NCBI GenBank assembly: GCA_035430785.1
Contig: DAOMHE010000002.1
Location: forward strand, 1 to 38,723
Source: Spirochaetota bacterium
GTDB lineage: Bacteria > Spirochaetota > UBA4802 > JAFGJZ01
Direction: 5' to 3'
Length of the DNA stretch: 38,723 nt
The notes below the pieces were generated by a model, which had not been told where the DNA came from, made no database searches, and was given only the letters and a program-made list of their open reading frames with translations. Shown here piece after piece: positions 9,385 through 17,159 of the stretch (the stretch's first letter is position 1; each line of letters begins with the position of its first letter). The position numbers and the translations under genes are program-made.

Positions 9385-10550
9385 ATTTTTCTGTTTCAAA
9401 AATGCCTGAACTCTACTTCGGCGCGGGAAAGTTTCCTTTTCTTACTGATATAATTCTCCGCTACGGTAAACGTGCTCTGATTATTACCGGAGGTATTTCT
9501 TTTGAGAAATCCGGAAATCTTCAAAGCTTAATTGAGCACTCTGCAGCAAAGGGAATCGAACTTTATTTCTACCGTGTTGCAGCCGAACCATCGCCTTCGA
9601 TAATCGACGAAGCTGTTTCCATTCATTCCAAACACGGAATAGACTGTGTCGTTGCAATAGGCGGCGGAAGTTCCATTGACGCGGGCAAGGCAATCAGCTG
9701 TATGCTTAAAGAAACAGGAAGCGTGACGGATTATCTTGAAGGTGTCGGAAAACATAAACCGTCGGGAAGAAAACTCCCGTTTATAGCTCTTCCGACGACT
9801 GCAGGTACGGGAAGCGAAGCTACCAAGAATGCCGTAATCACAGAAAGAGGTGAACACGGTTTTAAAAAATCATTACGTCATGATTTATTCGTGCCGGATG
9901 TTGCGCTTATTGATCCGGCTTTGTCATCAACACTTCCTCCGGCTACAACAGCTTATTGCGCGCTGGATGCTTTTGCCCAGCTTATCGAGTCGTATCTTTC
10001 GGACAAAGCGAATATATTTACGGATTCACTTGCACTGCCTTCTCTCAACAAAGCTCTTGAATCCCTTGAGAAACTTTCACGCGGTGATATTATTGATATC
10101 GGTATCCGTTCATCACTTGCATATTGCGCCTATATCTCAGGTGTGACACTTGCAAATGCGGGGCTCGGGCTTTGTCACGGTGTAGCCGGTCCCATGGGCG
10201 GAATTGCAGATATCCCTCATGGAATAGCATGCGCGAATATGATAGTGCCTTCTTTAAAATACAGTCTTGAAAAGTTTTTAGAAGATAATAAGAAATATTC
10301 ATTTTATATCAAAAAGATGGCTATGGTCGGACGTGATTTGACCGGAGCTGATCCTCATGATGTCTCTTCTGCACGGACATTTATTGATCGGCTGGAGACA
10401 ATAGTCAAAACTATCGGAGTACCGAAACTTTCAGCATTCGGTATTGACTCTCAGGCTGCAGTTAAAATCGCAGAATTATCCGAAAGTAAAAATTCTCCGG
10501 TAAAGGCTTCTGCGTCTGATTTCGCGGTGATGATTGAATCAATGATATAA
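9375..10550 (+). CDS. Iron-containing (group III) alcohol dehydrogenase
   Basis: 391 aa with GGGSSIDAGKAI, LPTTAGTGSEATK and the metal-binding H..H context (LCHGVAGPMGG..IPHGIACA). It overlaps the upstream ABM gene by 10 nt. ATG 9381 is an alternative start. Confidence 0.9.
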   Translation: MEMNFSVSKMPELYFGAGKFPFLTDIILRYGKRALIITGGISFEKSGNLQSLIEHSAAKGIELYFYRVAAEPSPSIIDEAVSIHSKHGIDCVVAIGGGSSIDAGKAISCMLKETGSVTDYLEGVGKHKPSGRKLPFIALPTTAGTGSEATKNAVITERGEHGFKKSLRHDLFVPDVALIDPALSSTLPPATTAYCALDAFAQLIESYLSDKANIFTDSLALPSLNKALESLEKLSRGDIIDIGIRSSLAYCAYISGVTLANAGLGLCHGVAGPMGGIADIPHGIACANMIVPSLKYSLEKFLEDNKKYSFYIKKMAMVGRDLTGADPHDVSSARTFIDRLETIVKTIGVPKLSAFGIDSQAAVKIAELSESKNSPVKASASDFAVMIESMI

Positions 10551-10636
10551 TAAAACTTATTGTCTCAATATTTATTTCTTTATAAATGTTACGAATAGTG
10601 CGAAAATAATACGTGTCTCATTTTATCTGGAGTATT

Positions 10637-12058
10637 ATGCGCGGACTTGTTTTATTTCTAACATTGATTTCAGCTGTTTTTCCGGCTCTTTACGCAGATA
10701 CCCCTCAGGAAATTAACAGAAGGGGTGCCGAGCTCGGTAAGCAGAACAAGTATGACGAGGCAATGCAGGAATTTTCCAAGGCTTCGGAAATATATAACAA
10801 AGAGAGTGCCAAATATTATCATAATAAAGCATGGGCACTTGAACTTCAGGGTAAAAACGATGAAGCTGTAAAGTTCTACGAAAAGGCCCTTGAAAGAAAT
10901 CCTTCCCAGGCAGATTCGATTGAAAGACTCGGTTATCATCATTATAGAAAAGGCGAATATGATAAAGCTGTTGAGCTCGGGGAAAAAGCTGCTGGGATAA
11001 ATCCGCGTGTGCCGTATCTTAATGACTGGCTTCCTGAGGCCTACAGGCTGAATCTTCTGGCGAAATCATCTGAGCCCGGAAAAGTTATAAATGAAGAAAT
11101 AGAATCTGAAGAAGAGCCGCAGGCAGAATCAGAAAAGAAAGAGAATGCCTTTGAATATTTCGGTTTCTCTTTCGATCTCAGTTTGCGTTACGGAAGAAAC
11201 GTCAGAGGCGGAAGACCCTATTATATTAAATCAGAATCCAAAACAGTAAACTTGCCGTTTTCACTGAACATGTGGTTTCGTCCGAATGATTTTTTTATGT
11301 TCAGCATGAAGGCTGAAAATCCCTATTGGGGAGCATCTGTTGACCGTGCTGTTTCGCAGCAGGAATTTCTTGAAGGAATGTTTTCAATCGGTTCGTTTTC
11401 ATTGGGATGCGGTCTCTGGTTTACTCATTATACGGAAGATTTTGTTTTTGAAAGTTCCGAAAACCTTAATGACTGCAAAATGGGAATTCTCATGTCGTAT
11501 TCCGATGATAAATCCGAAACAAATATCCGTCTTTATCCCAGACTCTTTTTGCGCGATACTGAAAAATTTTCTGACGGAAGAACCCTTGACTGCGGAATGT
11601 ATGAATTCGCTTATTCTTATACCGTTCACAAGGCTCTTCGGTATTATTCGAGAATATCCCAGTATGATTTTTATCTTTTTGATCATGATGCAGTTCAATC
11701 TCATTATTGGGGATTTTTTGAAATTGCAATAGGTTTGTCGCTTGATTATAAATCCGGAAGTCTTATAAAAGGCGGTTCTATTTATATCGAATATGCTAAA
11801 AGAATTAATCTCAGAAAACTCAATGAGGATGAACCTTATAACACATTTAACGGTCAGGGATTTCTCGGATTCGATTCTTCGAAAGACCCTTCTTATTTTT
11901 CGGGACAGCGTTCAAGAAGCCATATACTCCGCATGGGAGCTTCTGAGAAAATTGATTCAAAATCATATCTCTATCAGAAACTGATTCTTGAAATTGTTGA
12001 CCGTCACGAAGATCATCAGGAGCTTCTGCTCGGTTTCGGCGGAGGAATAAATTTATGA
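10637..12058 (+). CDS. Secreted TPR-repeat protein with predicted C-terminal beta-barrel (paralog A)
   Basis: ATG 10637 behind TGGAG gives the signal peptide MRGLVLFLTLISAVFPALYA/D. The rest has TPR-like repeats, an acidic linker (EEIESEEEPQAESEKKE), and about 300 aa of alternating-hydrophobic strands. It is colinear with the next ORF. Confidence 0.7.
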   Translation: MRGLVLFLTLISAVFPALYADTPQEINRRGAELGKQNKYDEAMQEFSKASEIYNKESAKYYHNKAWALELQGKNDEAVKFYEKALERNPSQADSIERLGYHHYRKGEYDKAVELGEKAAGINPRVPYLNDWLPEAYRLNLLAKSSEPGKVINEEIESEEEPQAESEKKENAFEYFGFSFDLSLRYGRNVRGGRPYYIKSESKTVNLPFSLNMWFRPNDFFMFSMKAENPYWGASVDRAVSQQEFLEGMFSIGSFSLGCGLWFTHYTEDFVFESSENLNDCKMGILMSYSDDKSETNIRLYPRLFLRDTEKFSDGRTLDCGMYEFAYSYTVHKALRYYSRISQYDFYLFDHDAVQSHYWGFFEIAIGLSLDYKSGSLIKGGSIYIEYAKRINLRKLNEDEPYNTFNGQGFLGFDSSKDPSYFSGQRSRSHILRMGASEKIDSKSYLYQKLILEIVDRHEDHQELLLGFGGGINL

Positions 12059-13458
12059 AAAAAATTATTCCTTTAATTATGATACTTGCCGGCTTTTCTA
12101 TTTACGCCCAAAGCGCATCCGAACTCAACAGAAGAGGCGTAGAAAAGGCAAAATCAAATAATCTGAATAGCGCGATTGAAGATTTTGATTCAGCTATAGA
12201 AAAAAATGACATATCTTCAGCAAAAGTATATCACAACATGGGGCATGTTGCTGAACTGAAAGGTGATGAAACCAATGCTCTGAAATATTACGAAGAGGCG
12301 TTGCGCCGTGATCCGAATTTGATTCCTTCTCTCGAAAGGGCATGCGAATTATATTCAAAATCGGGTCTTTATGCGAACGCAATTGTCGCGGGAGAGAAAG
12401 TTCTTAAGCTGGATCCCATGAATAAGAATGTTCTGCCGTGGCTTGAAACGGCTTATTCCGAGAGATTCAGAGTTAAGAGAAATGAAATCACACTGCTTGA
12501 AAAAGAAAAGCTTTATTCTAAGTCTCTTGAGTCGGCAAAGGAAGAGAAAGCTGAAGAGAAAAAAAATGTTTTCAGAATTTCGCTTTCAGGGATGCTTCGG
12601 TACGCATTTATTTCCGTAGATGATAAAGACTTTAAGTATGTCAAAACAGAAGGTCTTGGCTCAATAGATTTTCCGTTAAAGGCGGCTGTTAATGTTGATC
12701 CTTCCGACAACTGGTCTTTTGCCGCAGTCTGCGGTGTTCCTTATTTCGGTGCGCTGATGCCTGAAGTTTTAAATTTCTATGAAAGAGTTGAAGTATATTA
12801 CGGCCGGGAAAATGTATATCTGGGTATTGGATTTTCGGGTTATCATTATAGCGGGGATGAAGTCTGGGGAGAGAAAGAAAAGTTCAATGATTTTAAAATC
12901 GGATTTGCTCTGAAAACATTTTCTGAGAAGAGTGAATTTATATTACAGTTTTATCCGGCACTCATTCCCTATGATGCGGGTTACAGTCCGGTGCGAACTC
13001 TTGATGTATCTCATCTGAATATTGAATATCTTTTCAGAATAAAGAATCTAGGCATTAAGACTCGTCTTACTACTTACGGATTTACTTTTTATGATCATGG
13101 CGCAGAACTTTCAAATTATGCCGGTTCATATGATATTGCTTTGGGTATACTTTTCTCACAAAGTAAAAATTTCAGTATTTTCGGCGAATTCTGCGAGCGG
13201 ATATATATGATAGATATTCTGAATGACAAGCCGTATTCAGGAATGAACGGTCAGGGTTTTTTCGGATTCAACAGGTTCAAATGGTTCCGAGGGTCTCCCA
13301 TGAGCGGACATTATTCGAATTCTCATGTAATTTCGTGCAAATTTGAAGAAAAGTCAGGGCAGGCCTCATTCTATCAGAAGCTTTCTGTCGAAATAGTGCC
13401 GCCGTCTAAGAAACAGTATGATATCGTACTTGACTGCGGAATTTCTCTCGGATTCTAG
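12055..13458 (+). CDS. Secreted TPR-repeat protein with predicted C-terminal beta-barrel (paralog B)
   Basis: ATGA overlap with paralog A, with GGAGGA 8 nt upstream. The signal peptide is MKKIIPLIMILAGFSIYA/Q. It has TPR repeats and a Lys/Glu linker. The strand-like C-terminal domain ends ...LDCGISLGF, an aromatic terminus typical of OMPs. Confidence 0.7.
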   Translation: MKKIIPLIMILAGFSIYAQSASELNRRGVEKAKSNNLNSAIEDFDSAIEKNDISSAKVYHNMGHVAELKGDETNALKYYEEALRRDPNLIPSLERACELYSKSGLYANAIVAGEKVLKLDPMNKNVLPWLETAYSERFRVKRNEITLLEKEKLYSKSLESAKEEKAEEKKNVFRISLSGMLRYAFISVDDKDFKYVKTEGLGSIDFPLKAAVNVDPSDNWSFAAVCGVPYFGALMPEVLNFYERVEVYYGRENVYLGIGFSGYHYSGDEVWGEKEKFNDFKIGFALKTFSEKSEFILQFYPALIPYDAGYSPVRTLDVSHLNIEYLFRIKNLGIKTRLTTYGFTFYDHGAELSNYAGSYDIALGILFSQSKNFSIFGEFCERIYMIDILNDKPYSGMNGQGFFGFNRFKWFRGSPMSGHYSNSHVISCKFEEKSGQASFYQKLSVEIVPPSKKQYDIVLDCGISLGF

Positions 13459-13488
13459 CAAATTATTTCAAAAGATGCGAAATTTTCT

Positions 13489-13515
13489 TTTAAGCATAAG
13501 CTAATCAGCCGATAT
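13489..13515 (+). promoter_or_regulatory. Candidate sigma28 (FliA/SigD-type) promoter
   Basis: A perfect -10 GCCGATAT sits at 13508-13515. The -35 is imperfect: TTAA/TAAG at 13490-13494 with a 13-15 nt spacer, against the consensus TAAA-N15-GCCGATAT/A. It is intergenic, about 30 nt upstream of the GGAGGA SD of the 13555 ORF. Confidence 0.4.
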
Positions 13516-13554
13516 ATAGTAAGAAGCGGAATGTTTTCTGTCTCGGAGGATTCG

Positions 13555-14169
13555 ATGTTTAGAAGAACTTTTATAATGCTGGCTTTATTTGTTCCCGTGT
13601 CTTTCGTTTTTTCTCAGAGTGATGCGGTAAAAGACGAAAAGAATAAAACAAAAATCGAAAAGCCTGAGCAGATTATTTCTACTGATGTTTTCGGAATAGA
13701 GCATCTTTCATTTAATAAAAAAATTGACCCGGCCGGAAAAGGTGAACTTCTTCAGGTTGAATTTGCTCTTAAAAATAATACGGATTCGCCGCTTGAACTC
13801 TATATTTTTATGATGGGAACGGTTGAAGACAAAGAATGGGTATGGAACACTTTTAACAACCGTAAAGTCAGCTTAAAGAAAATAGTCATTAAAGATTTCG
13901 CCTCTACGCCTGATGATAAATCGCAATTTGAAAAGGAAGAAGACGGAAAGAAAGTGATTAATAAGTATCCGAAAGATTTCAAGACCGGGATCAATCCTGA
14001 CACAGGCAAACCATATGTTCTTGAAAGCTATCTTCCCGTAAGAACGGAGCTTTTGGCTAAATATAGAAAGAAGTATCAGTTTTTTAATTATGCCACAATA
14101 TATATTTTTGATGATGAGGGAGAACTTTTATTTTATCAAAATTATTCTTTAGATAAAATAAGACATTAA
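13555..14169 (+). CDS. Secreted hypothetical protein
   Basis: I prefer ATG 13555 (GGAGGA 5 nt upstream) over 13531. The signal peptide is MFRRTFIMLALFVPVSFVFSQ. I recognise no domain. Confidence 0.7.
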   Translation: MFRRTFIMLALFVPVSFVFSQSDAVKDEKNKTKIEKPEQIISTDVFGIEHLSFNKKIDPAGKGELLQVEFALKNNTDSPLELYIFMMGTVEDKEWVWNTFNNRKVSLKKIVIKDFASTPDDKSQFEKEEDGKKVINKYPKDFKTGINPDTGKPYVLESYLPVRTELLAKYRKKYQFFNYATIYIFDDEGELLFYQNYSLDKIRH

Positions 14170-14182
14170 TTTGATTGCAAAT

Positions 14183-14211
14183 AAAAAAGACCGCTGTCGC
14201 GGTCTTTTTTA
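14183..14211. terminator. Bidirectional intrinsic terminator
   Basis: AAAAAAGACCGC-tgtc-GCGGTCTTTTTT between convergent genes. Confidence 0.85.
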
Positions 14212-14242
14212 TTTGCAAGTGATTTGCTGAATTATCAGCTGA

Positions 14243-15346
14243 TTAAGGCATTGAAACTTTTGTAAGAGATTCGAATGCTTTAGGGAAGTCTTCAACTTTA
14301 AGTGCATCGACTCTTGCATGAAATTCCGGAAGCATTTTCTGAAAATCATCATCAGTGCGGAGTTCTTCTTTGTTGAAATCAGGTTTGAATATTTCCATTG
14401 TCTCTTCTGCAAGAGTATGAAGATTCTTGAATTTTCCTTTTTCATTAAGAACAACGCTTGTCATTGCTAGCATCAATAATCCGCCCGGAATTGCTCCAAT
14501 TGCCGTTGTATCCATCGCAGGATAGCAAAGTCTGACAGCTTTTACGCCGAAATTGTTTTTCGCATCAGACATACTCTTTCTCTGAAGAATCTTGGCTCCT
14601 GCAAGAGGTCCCATCCCGTAGACGGGATCATCTTTTTCAAAATCATAATCTGCGAAAGCAACTATGCTTACATCTTTTTTTATAAGACCTGCTTTTGCAA
14701 GAGGTTCAACCCATAGGGTTGTAGAAGTTCCCATGAATTTGTTTGTTCTCTCTATGTCGCCCTCGTTTGCTACTGCAACATCAACCATTCCGAATTTTTT
14801 GAAATTGTCGATTTTTGAAAAATCAGGATACTGATAAACCGGATGATAAGACAGATCAATATCTTTGACTTTTATTGTGCCGTGTTCTTCGTAGCGTTTT
14901 GTTGCACCGGCTGCAATTCCGTTAATCAGATGAACAACTGAATACTTTTCATTGATTGTGTTAACTACTTCTTCTATTGCTTTAGGATCAGTCGCGTCAA
15001 TATTCCACCATCTTGAATCAACATTCTGTTTAGCCGCTTCTTTTTTGATAGATTCAACATGATTGTAGCCTATCTGAAGATTGGCTCTGTCATAATGCAC
15101 TCCGTAAACCGGAATCTTTTCGCCGAAAAGAAGCTGAAGCGTTACTGCGCGGAGAATTCCGTTTGATCCGCCGAGCATTAGAACAACATGGTCTGACGGA
15201 AGTTTTACGCCGAGAGTTTTTATCTCTTTTATCTGTTTTTCGAGAAGCTCGTCTGCGCCTTTCTGTCCCTCTGACATGAGGGTTTTCATGATAACCTTCA
15301 AATCAGCCCCGCCGAGAGGCTTCTTTTCAAATGTTTCAAGCTGCAT
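14243..15346 (-). CDS. Divergent FabV/TER-family enoyl reductase-like protein
   Basis: 367 aa.
- VVLMLGGSNGILRA aligns with the FabV/TER nucleotide-binding VLVxGxSxGYG.
- FMGTSTTLWVEPLAKAGLI...VAFADY...PVYGMGPLAGAK keeps the FabV Y-x8-K catalytic spacing.
- TTAIGAIPGGLLMLAMTSVVLNEKGKF mirrors the FabV segment SSAIPxxPLYLSLLFKVMKEKG.

It is shorter and more divergent than canonical FabV/TER (about 400 aa). Confidence 0.55.
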   Translation of the reverse strand: MQLETFEKKPLGGADLKVIMKTLMSEGQKGADELLEKQIKEIKTLGVKLPSDHVVLMLGGSNGILRAVTLQLLFGEKIPVYGVHYDRANLQIGYNHVESIKKEAAKQNVDSRWWNIDATDPKAIEEVVNTINEKYSVVHLINGIAAGATKRYEEHGTIKVKDIDLSYHPVYQYPDFSKIDNFKKFGMVDVAVANEGDIERTNKFMGTSTTLWVEPLAKAGLIKKDVSIVAFADYDFEKDDPVYGMGPLAGAKILQRKSMSDAKNNFGVKAVRLCYPAMDTTAIGAIPGGLLMLAMTSVVLNEKGKFKNLHTLAEETMEIFKPDFNKEELRTDDDFQKMLPEFHARVDALKVEDFPKAFESLTKVSMP

Positions 15347-15406
15347 TTATTCCTCCAAAATATGAACAAAAACAGAATTTGAGCAGTTACATTTTATGTA
15401 AAGTAA

Positions 15407-16822
15407 TTATTTTCTGATAAGTTCCGCGAAAATTTTAAGCGCTTTCTCGGTTTTTTCAGAAAAGAGACATGCGGAGTTGAGACGGAAATAATTAGCAAAA
15501 TTGCTTCTTGCAGAAAAAATTATTCCAGGCGCGATTGTAAAACCGTTTTTAACCGCCAGATAAGCTGTATTCCTTGAATCAGTTTTTTCCGGCGCTTTTA
15601 TCCAGAGAAAAAATCCTCCTTCCGGATTGCTGACTTCACATTCGGGGATATGTTCAGAGAAAAATGCCTGATACGCCGATATGTTTTCTCTATAAATTCT
15701 GCGGAGTTTTTTCATTGAATGAGAGTAAAAGCTTTTAGACATGAAAGAAGCGAGTCCTGACTGAATAAATGCCGACGGAACGGAGTAGGCCGTGTTTAGT
15801 ATTTTGTGAATGTCCTTTTGGTAGATTCCCCCCGCAACCCAGCCTGTTTTATATCCCGGCGCGATTGATTTGCTGAGGCTCGATACGTAAATTGTGTTGT
15901 CGGGATTATATGATTTTACTGCGCGCGGCTTTGACGCGAAAAACAAATCACCGTAGCTGTCGTCTTCGATAACAGGAATTCCGTATTGTGCCGAAATGCA
16001 GGCGAGTCTTTCTTTCGCCGGATCACTCATTTTAGCTCCAGTCGGATTTGAAAAATTCGGCGACAGTATCACTGCTGAAATCTTTTTCTTTTTAACAGTT
16101 TTCTCAAATGTTTCAACGTCAAAACCTGAAACGGAATTTGTTTGAATTTCGAGCGCTTTTAGACCGAGTTTTGCTATCAGACCGAAAAATCCGTGATAGC
16201 CGGGTGACTCAACGGCAACCGAATCACCGGTTTTAGTAACTGCGAGCAGAGCCGACAAAAGTCCCGGTGTTGCTCCGGAAGTTATTATTATTTCATCGGA
16301 TGATGTTTCGCAGAATGATTCGATCATCTTCCGTGAAAAAATTTCCCTTAAAGCGTTATTTCCTCTGCCGAAATTGTAACGGTTATTTTTTCCGGGATTT
16401 TCGCGTATGCGCCTCGACAAATGAAGAGAAAGTTCTTCATTTATTTTTTCGTCCGAATAGGGAAATCCTATGCCGAGCGGGATGATATCTTCGCGCATAG
16501 AATCTTCAAGAAGCTTTTCCGTCTCCGGAGAAATTTTTACATGATCGGTTAAAATTTTAATTTTCGTGTCTGATTCGATAAAATTGCTGATGGCGGAATG
16601 ACTGAATCTCATGTTTTCTGGGCGCACGTAATAGCCGGATTGCGGATGGCTCGCGATAATTCCCTGTTCCTCGAGAAGCCTGTAGCCGTTCAGGATTGTC
16701 ATCATGCTGAGATTCATCTGAACGGACATTTCACGTATAGAAGGAATTTTATCGCGGGATTTTAAAACGCCGCTATCAATAAGTTTTGTTATGCGGTCTG
16801 CAACAGTCAGATATTTCTTCAT
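15407..16822 (-). CDS. MocR/GabR-type regulator (GntR winged-HTH fused to a PLP aminotransferase-fold domain)
   Basis: The N-terminal segment KIPSIREMSVQMNLSMMTILNGYRLLEEQGII is a GntR HTH. The C-terminal domain is a fold-type I aminotransferase with YVSSLSKSIAPGYKTGW (PLP lysine context). The start is uncertain: ATG 16822 or 16834, or TTG 16861 as in the track. Confidence 0.85.
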   Translation of the reverse strand: MKKYLTVADRITKLIDSGVLKSRDKIPSIREMSVQMNLSMMTILNGYRLLEEQGIIASHPQSGYYVRPENMRFSHSAISNFIESDTKIKILTDHVKISPETEKLLEDSMREDIIPLGIGFPYSDEKINEELSLHLSRRIRENPGKNNRYNFGRGNNALREIFSRKMIESFCETSSDEIIITSGATPGLLSALLAVTKTGDSVAVESPGYHGFFGLIAKLGLKALEIQTNSVSGFDVETFEKTVKKKKISAVILSPNFSNPTGAKMSDPAKERLACISAQYGIPVIEDDSYGDLFFASKPRAVKSYNPDNTIYVSSLSKSIAPGYKTGWVAGGIYQKDIHKILNTAYSVPSAFIQSGLASFMSKSFYSHSMKKLRRIYRENISAYQAFFSEHIPECEVSNPEGGFFLWIKAPEKTDSRNTAYLAVKNGFTIAPGIIFSARSNFANYFRLNSACLFSEKTEKALKIFAELIRK

Positions 16823-17159
16823 CAATACAGACATATCTCGGATTCCGTATAGCACGGACAAAGTAATTGGTTTTCCGGAAAATTAAAGATAACGGAGAAT
16901 AAATATGAGAGTTGATATTTCCGTGTTACGGATAAAGACACTTATGTTAAGATCGAAATTCAGGTATCCGGTAAAAAGATGAAATTTGACGGAACGATTC
17001 TTGATAAAGATGACTGGCTTGACATGGTTCAGGAAATCGGAAAAAGCTAGGTTACCTGTTAGCAATTTATAAATAATTGATTGACTGATTGTAAAAAAGT
17101 GTTATCAGTTCTGTGCGTGCGTTTCTCCGTGCGCGATTTTTGTATTACGGTGGAAATGA

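Noticed and set aside
16883-17065. A 60-aa minus-strand ORF in the MocR intergenic region.
   Set aside because: Its composition is hydrophobic and low-complexity, and it has no SD. The opposite strand carries the more protein-like frame discussed in the finding at 16862-17159.
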